Below, piece by piece: positions 12,000 through 23,045 of a DNA stretch of 64,000 nt. The DNA comes from Vicugna vicugna (lineage: Eukaryota): NCBI GenBank assembly GCA_013265495.1, contig MU063155.1:62001-126000 (forward strand). Direction: 5' to 3'. Position numbers and translations under genes: made by a program. Below the pieces are notes generated by a model. That model ran no database searches, was not told the DNA's origin, and saw nothing but the letters and a program-made list of their open reading frames with translations. Each line of letters begins with the position of its first letter. Position 1 is the first letter of the stretch.

Positions 12000-13320
12000 C
12001 ACCACTAGTGAATCCAGTGATCTTTCCATCCTATTGAGTCCGCTGATCACCTTATTCCTCTGCTTAAAACCCTTCACTAGTTCTCCATTCATGATGAATT
12101 TCAGACTCCTTAGCTTGGCACCCCAGAGCTTTTGCCTCTGTCTCCTGCTCATCTCCCACCACCCCTCTCCGCACTTACCTTCTCCTCTTGATCCATAAGT
12201 AGAATCTTTTGAACCAGCCCCGAGACTTCCTGTCTCCTGGTGTTTCCATGTGCTGGTCCCCGAAGGCCACATCCTTCCTCCTCTTCTTTCTCTGTTCACT
12301 CCTACACACCTTTCAAGACTTAGCCCTTGTCATCTCCTTCAGGAACTTTCCCCTGAATTTCCATGTGGTGGTTTCAAAGCATGGACGCCAGATTATTTGG
12401 CACTCCTCCACTTGAGAGTGACCACATGTTTCCTTGGGCAGGGTTTGGACTTTTCATACTCTGGACACTGAAGCAGGGTGCTAACTGACTAATGCAGGGG
12501 GAGGGTTACTCAGTGACACACAAGGCGACCTTTGTGATAAGGGTGTGCAGTGCGTGAAATGAGCTAGTTAGGGCTGAAGGCACGGGGCAACCCAACTCAG
12601 CCCAGCTGGCTGATGCTGCTTATCTTCCCAGCCTCACAGCCGGATGTCCTGCCTCTCCCACCACACACCTTTCCCACTCTGAATCACTGGGCAGCCCAGG
12701 ATGTGCACTATTGCATACGTGTTCCCCTGCACCTGGCGTTTAGCCCCCTTTCCCTGCATAGCTCCTGCTCATTCGCCTCCTCCAGGAAGCCTTCCTTGTC
12801 TCTCCAAGGTTTGTGTGCCCAGAGCTGTCCCTCACATCACACTTACCACACTGCGTCTTAATAGCGCATTTCCATATCTATAAGCCCATGGACATCTTAA
12901 GGGCAAGGAATGGTTTATTCCTTTCTGAACCCCCAGCACCTAGAATAATGCCAGGGCTTGCTGCAAAAATAAATGTTCACTGCTTTTTGTGCCAGTGGTA
13001 TGGCTGACTGTGTTTTCTCTTGTCCTCCATTCAGTATTTATTGAGATCTGACCCTGCACTGCAGGTACGGCTTCCTGCCTTGCATCTACTACCATCATCC
13101 AGGAGGTTGGAGCAAGCAGCTGTTGAGCACTCGCTGGGCATTGCCCTAAGGACCCAACTCATTCACTTTAATCCTCATAATGAGTCAGTGAGGTTGATGC
13201 TGTAATCATCTTCAATTCACATGGGGACACTGGGTCACCAAAATTACATGGGCACTGAACTCCTGGAGTCCAAGTTTGAACCCATGCCGCCTAACTCCAG
13301 AGCCCGTGATATTAATCTCT
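12000..13320. mobile_element. L2 fragments followed by a MIR
   Basis: L2: ctgcttaaaacccttcactagttctcc...agactccttagcttggc and ctgaacccccagcacctagaataatgccagg. MIR: ttcactttaatcctcataatga...tttgaacccatg...ctccagagccc. Confidence 0.55.
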
Positions 13321-13771
13321 ACACTGCCTGACTTCCTTCTGAACCATCCAGACACTTGTCACAGATGCAGAGGCCCAAGTCCTACCAGAAGAGCTTATTT
13401 CAGTAGGTCAGGGCAGGACCTGGGAAACTGCGTTCATTGTGAGCCCCACGTAGTACAGAAATGATGCCTGTGCCTAAGAGCATCAAGCAAGGCTCTACAA
13501 GGTCTGGCCCTGAAGCGCCTGCCTCATGGCATCACATCCTATACTCCCTCTTCTCCTGACTCCTGCAGCCTCTGCCAGGAATGCTGTCACCACCCTCTCC
13601 CACCCAGCTGTGCTTGAGGAGCAATGGAGGGAGTGAGAAGAGGGAGCCCTTGCTGCTCAGGAGGAGCTAGAAAAGCCCGGTGCCCCAGGACGTCCCCACA
13701 CAGCCCCTCCCAGGGGCCCTGGAGAAGGTCAGGAGGCCTTGAGCTTCTCAAACTCTTTCTAGTCTTTGGTG

Positions 13772-14277
13772 TGATCAAAGAAGTGTTCATATACTGAGAT
13801 CTGGGGAAGTCATTCTGGCTTATACCTGAGTTAACCTGAGTTTTCTGCTAACTTTAACAGCCTGTTTGTGGCCTATCCAACATACATTACACACGTGCTT
13901 TAATTGTTAAAGAAGAGGGCACGGTGACCAGAAGTAAAGAATGTCCATGTTAAAAATAAAGATTAAATGCCCCTCTACCGGGACGCCCGTGCTCCTTTGA
14001 TGATAAGACTCCCTTCCCAGGTGCCAAGGCCGCACTCTAAGTGCTGGATATGTGCAGCTGGTCTGGGTGTTTTGAAACCTTAAAGAAATGTGTCCCTGAC
14101 TTGTTTCATGGTCTTTGTTCTGACAAGATGTAAAACCTGTGCTGAAAACCCTGCTTCTCCGGAGCAGTTTCTGAGACTAATCCGGGAAGCCGGCTTCGGG
14201 GCTAGGCCTCAATTTGGCTCAAATAAAACTCTTTTCTGTACTTACTATTGATTGTTTATTGATTATTTTCTTCAACA
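13772..14277 (+). mobile_element. Solo ERV1-class LTR (506 bp)
   Basis: Starts TG (tgatcaaagaa) and ends CA (ttcttcaaca). 4-bp TSD GGTG at 13768-13771 and 14278-14281. AATAAA at 14222. Many CpGs retained. Confidence 0.75.
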
Positions 14278-14879
14278 GGTGTTACCAGGAACATCCAGAA
14301 GGCACCATCCAGAACCCTCCATACCCTCAGGGCACACCCCCAGGGTTTAGTTCTCTAATCCAACTCGTGCAGCCCTGGGAAGCTTCTCACAGACAAGTTC
14401 TGGTGATACCAGCAGTGTTTGCGCTGCCGGGGACGGGACCTGCTGGGAGCAAGGCAGCAGTGGAGGCAGGGGCAGCCCCGGCCAGTGCCTGTGTTTCCCC
14501 GACTCTCAGTGGGAAAACCGTCCAACCAGGCCTGTACGTGGTCGGGTGGGCAGAGCAGGCTTCCAAGGAGAGGCTCTCTCTCGGGGAGTCAGCCTGAAGG
14601 TTGAAGGTCGAAGGGTGGCCACATGAAGACTTGGCAGAGCAACTCATCTGTTTTCGCTGTTGAGCAAGGAGGCCTGCCCATGGGGATTTCCCAGCCACGT
14701 TCAAGTGGAAGCCAAATCAAGTAGGCACCTCTGTTAAAGCCACATCAAAGGTACGTTGCTGGAGGGTTAGCAGGACTCTTAGTGGTGACTGATGTCATGG
14801 GGCATCTGAGAACGTGGGAAGGGTGAAGGTGGAGTGGATAATCAGGCTAGGGAGTTCCCCCAACCAACGTGATATGTTC

Positions 14880-15350
14880 TGACTATTGCTGTGTAAGGAA
14901 GCACCCTCAGAACCAGAGGCCTAACATAAGAATCATTTTATTATAGCTCGTAATTCTGTGACTCAGAAGCTTGAGCCGCACTCAGCTGGGTCATTCTTTT
15001 TCATGTGGTATCAAGCTTGATGCTACCAAGCTGGTGGATGGGCTGTTCCAAGGCAGCTCCCCTCACAGGTGTGGCCCCACCAGAGAAGGCTGGGGAGCTG
15101 GGCTTAGCTGGAACTATCGGCCTCTCCACGTGGGGCCTCACCAGCAAGGCAGCCTCAAGGAGTTGGGCTTCATAAATGGTGGCCCAGCTGAAGGCTTCTA
15201 GGCTTCTTAAGACCTAGAAGTCCCAGAATCTCACTTCAACCACCTTCTGTTCATCAAGCAAGTCACCAAGACTAACTCACATTCAAGCAGAGTAGAATTA
15301 GAATTTGCCTCTCAGTGGAAGGAACAGTAAAACATTTCTGGTTCTGTTTA
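14880..15350 (-). mobile_element. MLT1 (F/G/H-like) LTR
   Basis: ctattgctgtgtaa...attttattatagctcgtaattctgtgactcag...cagctggg...gaagtcccagaatctcacttcaaccaccttctgttcatcaagcaagtcac. Confidence 0.65.
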
Positions 15351-16401
15351 ATCTCCCATACTACAGAAGAGCTGGGAAACACTTGTTAGGCTCATTGTGG
15401 GGGGGTTTACTTGACACATGTTTGTCAAGTTTCTAGTGTGTTCCAGGCTCTGTCCCGGGCACTGGAGAGATGGAGTAATGAACAGGACAGAGACATGGTC
15501 CCTGCCCTCTGGAATGAAGTCTGACAAACAGTTACACAGTACCTGACATCTGGGGATTGCCAGTAAATGTCAGCTGCTGGGATTTTAATTGTTAAGTGGA
15601 TCATCACTGGATAAAAATAATGCATAATAAGCCTGAGCAGAGAAATGCTTTGAAGAATGACAAGGTGCCAAAGAACACAGCCAGCAAAGAGCCTGACCTG
15701 TTCAGGAGAGTGAAGTGTAAGCCAAGGAGGAGGAGTGATGAACTAGCGGGAAAGGGAGGAAGCAGCCTGTATGGCCAAGTGCAGTGGGCAAGGGAAGCGT
15801 GCACTGAATGAGCTGGACAGGGGGGGACCACCCAAGGCCCTGAGCTGGGAGTCTTACCTCATCCCTCCAGTCCACCTTCCACCTTCCCCGCCTGTGCTTC
15901 TGAGGTGCCTCTGAATGGGCTGCATCCACAGCCTCCCTTGCCTCCTTGCTGGGGTCAGTGGAAGGCACCAGCAGGAGTCTGGGTGGAGTGGGGTTAGAGG
16001 AGAATGAGGTGGCCATATTTATTCCTTTGGCTCCCTCCCTGCTGGGCAGAGCATGAAGTGAATACTTCCTCTGCCAAAAGCCACGTCCTGTGTCCAGCAA
16101 CCATCTCCTAGGACCAGAGATCTCACCAGGGTCTTCAGTGGCTCTTTCTCCTGTGCCTTCAGGCCTGGGATCAGTAGCAGCTGCCCACTCTTGCTGGCCC
16201 AGGGATACTTCACCATTGCTGCTTGCATTCCCTACACCATGCCCACACCTTTGTAAAAGTCCTTTCCTTGCACTGTCCTCAGTCACCCTTTTGAGAAAGC
16301 CATCTGACACTTCCTGGAATCCTGAATGATAACACCAGCCAGGGATAGGAATTTGAGACTTTATCGCAGGAGCAAATCTAAGAAAATCATTACCTTCCAT
16401 C

Positions 16402-16588
16402 CACTGGTGTGCTGGTAAATTTTAACAACCAAATCTTCAGAGGGAAAAGCTCTGATTTGTAGTGATTGCCAAGTTTTGATAAATACTTCCACCGTGATTG
16501 ATTTCAAGCTACCAATGTGACAGCAACCAGCTCAAAAAATTCCTAAAAATAAAATGCAAGCTGATACAAGCCAGCTCCAGTATACCTC
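16402..16588. mobile_element. hAT MITE (MER53/MER63-like)
   Basis: cactggtgtgctggtaaattttaacaacc...gatttcaagctaccaatgtgac...agccagctccagtatacc, with degenerate terminal inverted repeats. Confidence 0.55.
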
Positions 16589-17329
16589 TGCCCAGATCAA
16601 ACACTAACTCTGGTCTCTCCCACGTCTAGATCCACCGCAGCCAGAGACTGGATGTTCCAGCAGAGAGGTGGGTGGGCCTGGATGCTGTCAGCCTCCTCCC
16701 TCCTGCTCCCTGGGAATGTACCTCCCAGTGCACCCAGGATGCAATCTCTGAGGGCTCCCAAAGCTGGAAGACCTTCCGTGTTCTATGCCCATGCCTGTTC
16801 TCATGTGCATGGGGCTGAGGCTCAAACATAACCATCCATCTTGCTGGACTTGATCCGATTAGATCATGAAACCCTGGGGATCTAGGGTCAGCAGTTCCCA
16901 TGTTAACAGCAATTAATGTCTGCCAAGAGCCCCACTCTGATGCTGGTCTCTGACCTGAATCCCACTTCCCTGTAGATGGGTCCAGACACAACTGTGATAA
17001 CCAGGCCCCCACCCACCTTGTGCTTTATGCAGAACTGAACTTCCCCTTCTGTGTGTCGAGTCTGTGTGAGGCTGGAACTCAGTCCCACCTTTGCCCAGCC
17101 TGACCATTGTTTTAGAACTTTCTGTTTAAGGCACGATCATGAATTGTTTTCACACTGAAACCAAATATGAGGAAATGTGAAATGTTGGTTTCAAATTGTG
17201 TGTTAATATTCAGGGAACAAACATCTGTTGAACACTTGCTATATGAGTCCTCCCAATAATTATTGAGAATTAATAGCTTGTTAAAGAGCAATTACACAGA
17301 CACACACACACGCATACACATGCACAACT

Positions 17330-18520
17330 GGACAATAAATCTGTAGAGAAAATTCCCAACACAAAATAACAGAAGATTTGAATCAAAACAACATGCTACA
17401 AGTATCCTTTCAGAGTGACCAAAAATTTTAAATTTTTGGTAGTACCCGATTTTGACCAGGTGCATGGAAATGGGAACTCTTAAACACTATTAGGGAAGTG
17501 TAAATAAATACAACCATTTTAGAGGGCAATCTGGCAATACTTACCAAAACGTAAAATTCACATCCCCTATGACCCAGAAATCCACTACTTCTAGAAATTC
17601 ACCCTACATAAATATCAACACCAGTACATCAAAGGTACGTGTAAATTAATGCTCCCTGCACCATTGTGATAATTTTTTAAGTGGAAAGCAAACTGGATGT
17701 CCACTGACAGAAAAATAAGTGAAGTATGACATGACATTGCAGTGGAACACTTTCCAGCTGTTAGAAAGAGTAAGATAGGCTTGGGAAGCCTTTCATGCCA
17801 TTTTGTTTAATGGGGAAAAAGGAAAAATCAGCGTGCACGATAGAATTCCATTTTTGCAGAGAAAATCAACAGATTTTCTCTGGAGCCGGCAGACATTACT
17901 GGTGGAAAAAGCAAATGGTGCAGCTCTGTGGAAAATAGTTTGGAAGTTCCCCCAAAAGCTAAACATAGGATTACCAAACAATCCAGCAGTTCCACACCTA
18001 GGTTTCTACCCAAGAGAATTGAAAAGACACATCCACGCAAAAACTTATACATGAATGTTCAGAGCAGCATTCATCACAGCCAAAAAGTGGAAACAATCCA
18101 CATGTCCTTCAGTTGATGAATAGATAAATGAAATGTGTTTTACCCATACTGGAATGTNNNNNNNNNNNNNNNNNNNNNNNNNNNNNNNNNNNNNNNNNNN
18201 NNNNNNNNNNNNNNNNNNNNNNNNNNNNNNNNNNNNNNNNNNNNNNNNNNNNNNNNNNNNNNNNNNNNNNNNNNNNNNNNNNNNNNNNNNNNNNNNNNNN
18301 NNNNNNNNNNNNNNNNAAGTAGATCAGTGGTTGCCAAGAGATGGAGGGAGGTAGGGACTAGGACTGACTGCTAACAAGTATGGGGTTTCTTTTGGGGGTG
18401 ATAGAAATGTTCTGGAACTGGATAGTAATGACAATTGTATAACACTGTGAACATGCTAAAAACTACTGAATTCTGCTATTTAAAATGGTAAATTTTATGT
18501 TACATGAATTATTTCCATTT
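17330..18520 (+). mobile_element. Old L1M 3' fragments containing an assembly gap (N 18158-18316)
   Basis: ggaaatgggaactc...caaccattttagagggcaatctggcaat; gtggaaaatagtttggaagttcc...acatgaatgttcagagcagcattcatcacagccaaaaagtggaaacaatcc. Confidence 0.75.
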
Positions 18521-18900
18521 AAAATCATCATCATACATAACTGGTACATTAATCAAATATAATTTTGATAAAATACCACTTTAAAAAACACATCATTTAC
18601 AATCCCTTCCAACTCCCAAACTATCTGCCTCTATCCTGGGTGGAACCCAGGGGCTCAGATGACCCTAAGTTGTCAACCCCACCTTCCTGTAGAGACAGGC
18701 TGGGTGACCAGCTCTTCTCCAAGTGACCAGTGATGTAGCCGGTTCTACATGGGATCTTGGGTGGAGTTGGGGGTAGGGGTCAGATGAAGCCAGGAAGCCT
18801 GGTGGTGGGAAAAGAAAAGATTAGCAAGGACTCCCCATCTCCCTCTGTCTCCTTCTGAGACTGCACAGTCGTCTTCCCTGCCTTCCTCCAGCTCCTGGGC

Positions 18901-18990
18901 AGGGTAGGTGTTTCAGTTTCTATGAGCAAAATACGAAACAAAGAAGCACCATTTCTGCCTCAAGACGCATGTAAAGAGGTGCAGATATAG
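18901..18990 (+). other. XCR1: Probable XCR1 non-coding exon 1 (5' boundary uncertain)
   Basis: Consensus donor ATAG|GTGAGT at 18990/18991, 3036 nt upstream of the coding-exon acceptor. aagaggtgcagatatag resembles the end of the human XCR1 first exon as recalled. ISRE-like motif adjacent. Confidence 0.6.
18911..18920 (-). promoter_or_regulatory. ISRE-like IRF site
   Basis: TTTCAGTTTC = GAAACTGAAA on the minus strand, at the inferred XCR1 promoter. XCR1 marks IRF8/BATF3-dependent cDC1 (established). Confidence 0.5.
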
Positions 18991-19559
18991 GTGAGTTCCT
19001 TTACAAACATTTCAAACACGTGTTTTCCTCTATTTTTAATAGCCTACATCGAGAGTTCTGAAACTCCAGGTAGGTATCAGAACCACGTGGAGAGCAGGTA
19101 AGTAATGTTGATTCCTGAGCTGTCCCTCCAGAGGCTCTGGTTCCCTGGGTGTGTGTGTGGGGGGGGTGTCTCTAAAACCTGTGTTGCTAAAAAGTGGGTC
19201 TGTGGACTGTACTCTGTCTAGAACTGCCACATACAATGCTTATCTTTTCCTTGTGTTAAGAAAGTAGAGGTGTTTATTTGGTCATAAGTCTTTACATACG
19301 GCGTTGTTGTTATCAGTGGTTGGATAATTTAGAGCTGTATTTCTCAGTCTGAATTATATTGTGGACCAGAAAGCTCAAGTTACTCTCTTATAGTTGAGAT
19401 GGGTTGGGAGAGCAGTGACAGACCAAAAGAACCAAAGCGCTAGGATGCAGCTCAGAGAGGGTTTGAGATTTAACACCATTCTCCTGTCTGTGCCCAAGGC
19501 CTACCAGGCACTGCCCAGGAGCACCCCTGAAAATTTGAGTAAATCAATCAATAACCAGT

Positions 19560-20340
19560 AGAATCCTGGAATGCTTTTTGTAGATGCCTGATATCCCTTT
19601 TTCTCTCTAGTTTGCTGAGAGTTGATATCATGAATGGGTGCTGAATTTTGTTAAATGCTTTTCCACATTTATCAAAAAGGATCATTTAGTTTTTGTCATA
19701 NNNNNNNNNNNNNNNNNNNNNNNNNNNNNNNNNNNNNNNNNNNNNNNNNNNNNNNNNNNNNNNNNNNNNNNNNNNNNNNNNNNNNNNNNNNNNNNNNNNN
19801 NNNNNNNNNNNNNNNNNNNNNNNNNNNNNNNNNNNNNNNNNNATCTTTGTTCATGAGGGATATTGTCTATAGTTTTATTGCAATGGTTTTGTCTGGTTTG
19901 GTATCAGGGTTACACTGACCTCATAAAACAATTAGGGAATTATTCCATCCTGTATTTCAGTTAGTTTGTATAAGATCAGTGTTATTTCTTTCTTAAGTAT
20001 GTGACAGAATGCAGTAGAAAGATCATCTAGTTCTGGAGTTTTCTTTGTCTCTGTGGACAGTTTTTTTTTTATAGTTAACTAATTTCTATAATAAAGGTAG
20101 GACTATCGATATTTGTCATATCATTTCATGTCAGTTTTGGTAGGTTGAATTTTTAAAGAAATCTGTCCATTTCGTTCAAGTCATTGAATTTAACGTAAAA
20201 TGCATCATAATTTTTCTTTGTTATTCTTTTAAAGATGACAATTCATCTTCCCTCTCTTTTTGTTCTCAATCTAGCTAGAGTTTTATTACTTTAAAAAATA
20301 TTTTTTTCAAACAACCAGTTTTGGCTTTGTACGATATGAA
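19560..20340 (-). mobile_element. Old L1M fragment containing an assembly gap (N 19701-19842)
   Basis: tagtttgctgagagttg...atcatgaatgggtgctgaattttgttaaatgcttttcc; atctttgttcatgagggatattg...ggtatcagggttacactgacctcataaaa. Confidence 0.7.
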
Positions 20341-20751
20341 GGGTGCTTACAAAATTACAAAATCCCTGTCCCAAAATATCTCTGCTTCCAATTTGTCACA
20401 CTACAGGAGGTCCCAGATATTTGTATCATTTCTGATTTCATTCTAAACTATAAGCTTCTTACAGATAGGGACTATTATGTCTGTACCCTGGAATCCAGCA
20501 CCTGTCATAGTGCCTGGCCTGTGTCATTGATCATTAAAGGCCATTGCGTTGAGTCAAATAAGCTTGTCTTTAAAATGTAAATACCCAATTTCTGAATGTC
20601 CAAAAAATTAAAAGTCCATAAGACATAATTAAAAGCAGAATGGGTTGACCAGACTAAATAAAGTACTGTTAAAAATTCATAAGAAACACAATATTATTCC
20701 AAGTAGCAAAATGAATGAGATCCATGAACACTTTAAAAATAAGAAACACAA

Positions 20752-20789
20752 GGTAGGAAGGTATAGCTCAGTGGTAGAGGGCGTGCTTG
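20752..20789 (+). mobile_element. 5' head only of a vic-1-like tRNA-derived SINE
   Basis: ggaaggtatagctcagtggtagagggcgtgcttg contains the A box. The B box and tail are absent. Confidence 0.6.
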
Positions 20790-22043
20790 ACTCTACTTGC
20801 TGCTTCCTGGCTTTATAATGTTGAGAAGGTCATTTTATAGTCTGAGCCTGTTCCCTCTTCTGTAAAATGGAAATGGTCTTGTCTTAAAGACAGAGAGCTG
20901 CAGGATTACAGGAGCAGGTAAGTACAGCATGTTAGCACAGGGCGTGGCACAGAGTAGATGATGAGAAAGAACTCTCTTACCTGTTTCAGGCAGCTGCTTC
21001 ATCCAAGTCTCCATCCTTCTCTGAAATCCTACAGCTTCCTTCACCTATCTCAACAAAATTTCCAGCTCTTCGATCACTTTCTCTCTTTTGTCTCCTTGGC
21101 CTTCTAGTCTCACTATTTCTAAAATCTCCCTAACATGGAAGACTGAATCAATTTGCCTCAATATAGTTTTCTTAGCTACTCCCCTCCTATTGGATACGTA
21201 GTTTATTTCTACTTGCTTATAAGATGTTCTGTAAATCAAACTCCCACATGATGAAGTTTTCTGCTCTGAGAGTTAATCCTCTGGCTTAGTGGGGATTTGG
21301 TCTCAACATTCACTGAAGTCTTGAGATTATTTCATGATTGGACTCACGTGAGAGATGTTTGCTCCGTTTGTGTCCTCTCTTTTTAGACCTGTTCCAGGAG
21401 ACAGCAAGTTTCCTGAAACAATCCTGCCAGCAGGATTTCTACGTTTATGGGAGGAAGGAAAGGAGGGAACAGAGGAAGAAAAAAAGAAAGAGTGACAGAG
21501 GGAGGGACAAAGGGAGAGAAGGAGAGAGAGAAGGAGGCGGGAGGCAGGTGGCATAGTAAATGCTCACTGGATACTTGTTGAAGAAATGAAAGAATGACAT
21601 CATCTATTTTGTAGATGACGACCTAATGTTCAGAAAGATTAAAAAGCTTGCCCGGGAACATGGTATTGGACCCCAACTTTGATCTCTGGTCTGTGAATCC
21701 AGTTCCACTGCTCTCTCTTCTACACCTACTGGGACACATCTAACTTAGCGCTACTCAAATGCCTGTCTACAAGGAGAAAAGGGTCTTATGACTTATTGTA
21801 AATTAATGCACCACTTCCTTCAAGAAAGTCTTGCTAAGAAATAAAATTGCTGACCAAACTAAACAGCATGCCTAGTGACTTCAAGTTCTGGTGAAAGTCC
21901 CTAATCTCAATACAGATAGTTCACCAACCAGTAGCTGGACCTTGGATCTCATTTTTTGATAACATGAGTCCTACTGCTCTCTAGCGTAACCACAGGGCTT
22001 TAAACTACACATCTCCATCATTTCAGATGATCTTAACGTCTAG

Positions 22044-23045
22044 ATGGAGCCCTCAGACATCCCGGAGACCACCACCTCTTTTGAGTATGATCCTCAGAGC
22101 TTTCTGTGTGAGAAGAAGACCTTCGTCTTCGCCACCTTCAGCACCACCATCCTGTACTGCCTGGTCTTCTTTCTCAGCTTGGTGGGCAACAGCCTGGTGC
22201 TGTGGGTCCTGGTGAAGTATGAGAGCTTGGAGTCCCTCACCAATGTCTTCATCCTCAACTTGTGTCTCTCAGACCTGGTGTTCTCCTGCCTGTTGCCCGT
22301 GTGGATCCTGGGATACCACTGGGGCTGGTTGCTGGGAGACTTCCTCTGCAAGCTCCTCAACATGGTCTTCTCCATCAGCCTCTACAGCAGCATCTCCTTC
22401 CTGACCATCATGACCATCCACCGCTACCTGTCCGTGGTGAACCCCATCTCATCCCTGCGCGTCCACACCCTGCAGCGCCGCATGCTGGTGACCATCGCCG
22501 TGTGGGCAGCCAGCGTCCTGTCCTCCATCCCCGACGCCATCTTCCACAAGGTGTTCCCTTCGGGCTGTGATTATTCAGAACGCGAGGGGTTCCTGGCCTC
22601 AGTCTACCAGCACAACATCATCTTCCTCCTCTCCGTGGGGATCATCCTGTTCTGCTATGTGGAGATTCTCCGGACCCTGTTCCGTTCGCGGTCCAAACGG
22701 CGCCACCGGACAGTCAGGCTTATCTTCACCATCGTGGTGGCATACTTCCTCAGCTGGGCCCCCTACAACCTGATCCTGTTTCTGCAGACACTGTTGAAAC
22801 TTGGGGTCATTCAGAGCTGCGAGGTCAGCCAGCAGCTGGATTATGCCCTGCTCATCTGCCGCAACGTTGCCTTCTCCCACTGCTGCTTCAACCCTGTGCT
22901 CTATGTCTTTGTCGGGGTCAAGTTCCGCAGACACCTCAAAAGTCTGCTCCGGCGCTTCTGGCTCTGCCGGCAACAGGCGCCCGGCCTTCCCCCATCACCT
23001 CACCCCCCAGGTGCCTTCACCTATGAGGGCATCTCCTTCTACTGA
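22044..23045 (+). CDS. XCR1: X-C motif chemokine receptor 1 (lymphotactin/XCL1 receptor), 333 aa, single coding exon
   Basis: Class A GPCR motifs GNSLV, LNLCLSD, HRY (the XCR1 variant of DRY), SWAPYN and CCFNPVLY, with C-terminus AFTYEGISFY. Closely matches human XCR1 in sequence and length. Confidence 0.98.
   Translation: MEPSDIPETTTSFEYDPQSFLCEKKTFVFATFSTTILYCLVFFLSLVGNSLVLWVLVKYESLESLTNVFILNLCLSDLVFSCLLPVWILGYHWGWLLGDFLCKLLNMVFSISLYSSISFLTIMTIHRYLSVVNPISSLRVHTLQRRMLVTIAVWAASVLSSIPDAIFHKVFPSGCDYSEREGFLASVYQHNIIFLLSVGIILFCYVEILRTLFRSRSKRRHRTVRLIFTIVVAYFLSWAPYNLILFLQTLLKLGVIQSCEVSQQLDYALLICRNVAFSHCCFNPVLYVFVGVKFRRHLKSLLRRFWLCRQQAPGLPPSPHPPGAFTYEGISFY

Noticed and set aside
15702-16400. 232-aa minus-strand ORF, the longest non-genic ORF
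   Set aside because: No homology recognised, low-information composition and no supporting splice structure. Expected occasionally in GC-rich DNA.
22138-22154. TTCAGCACCAC half-match to the REST/RE1 motif
   Set aside because: The right half (GGACAG) is absent and the sequence is constrained by coding.
22094-22973. Alternative-frame and antisense ORFs over XCR1
   Set aside because: Shadow ORFs of a GC3-rich coding exon.
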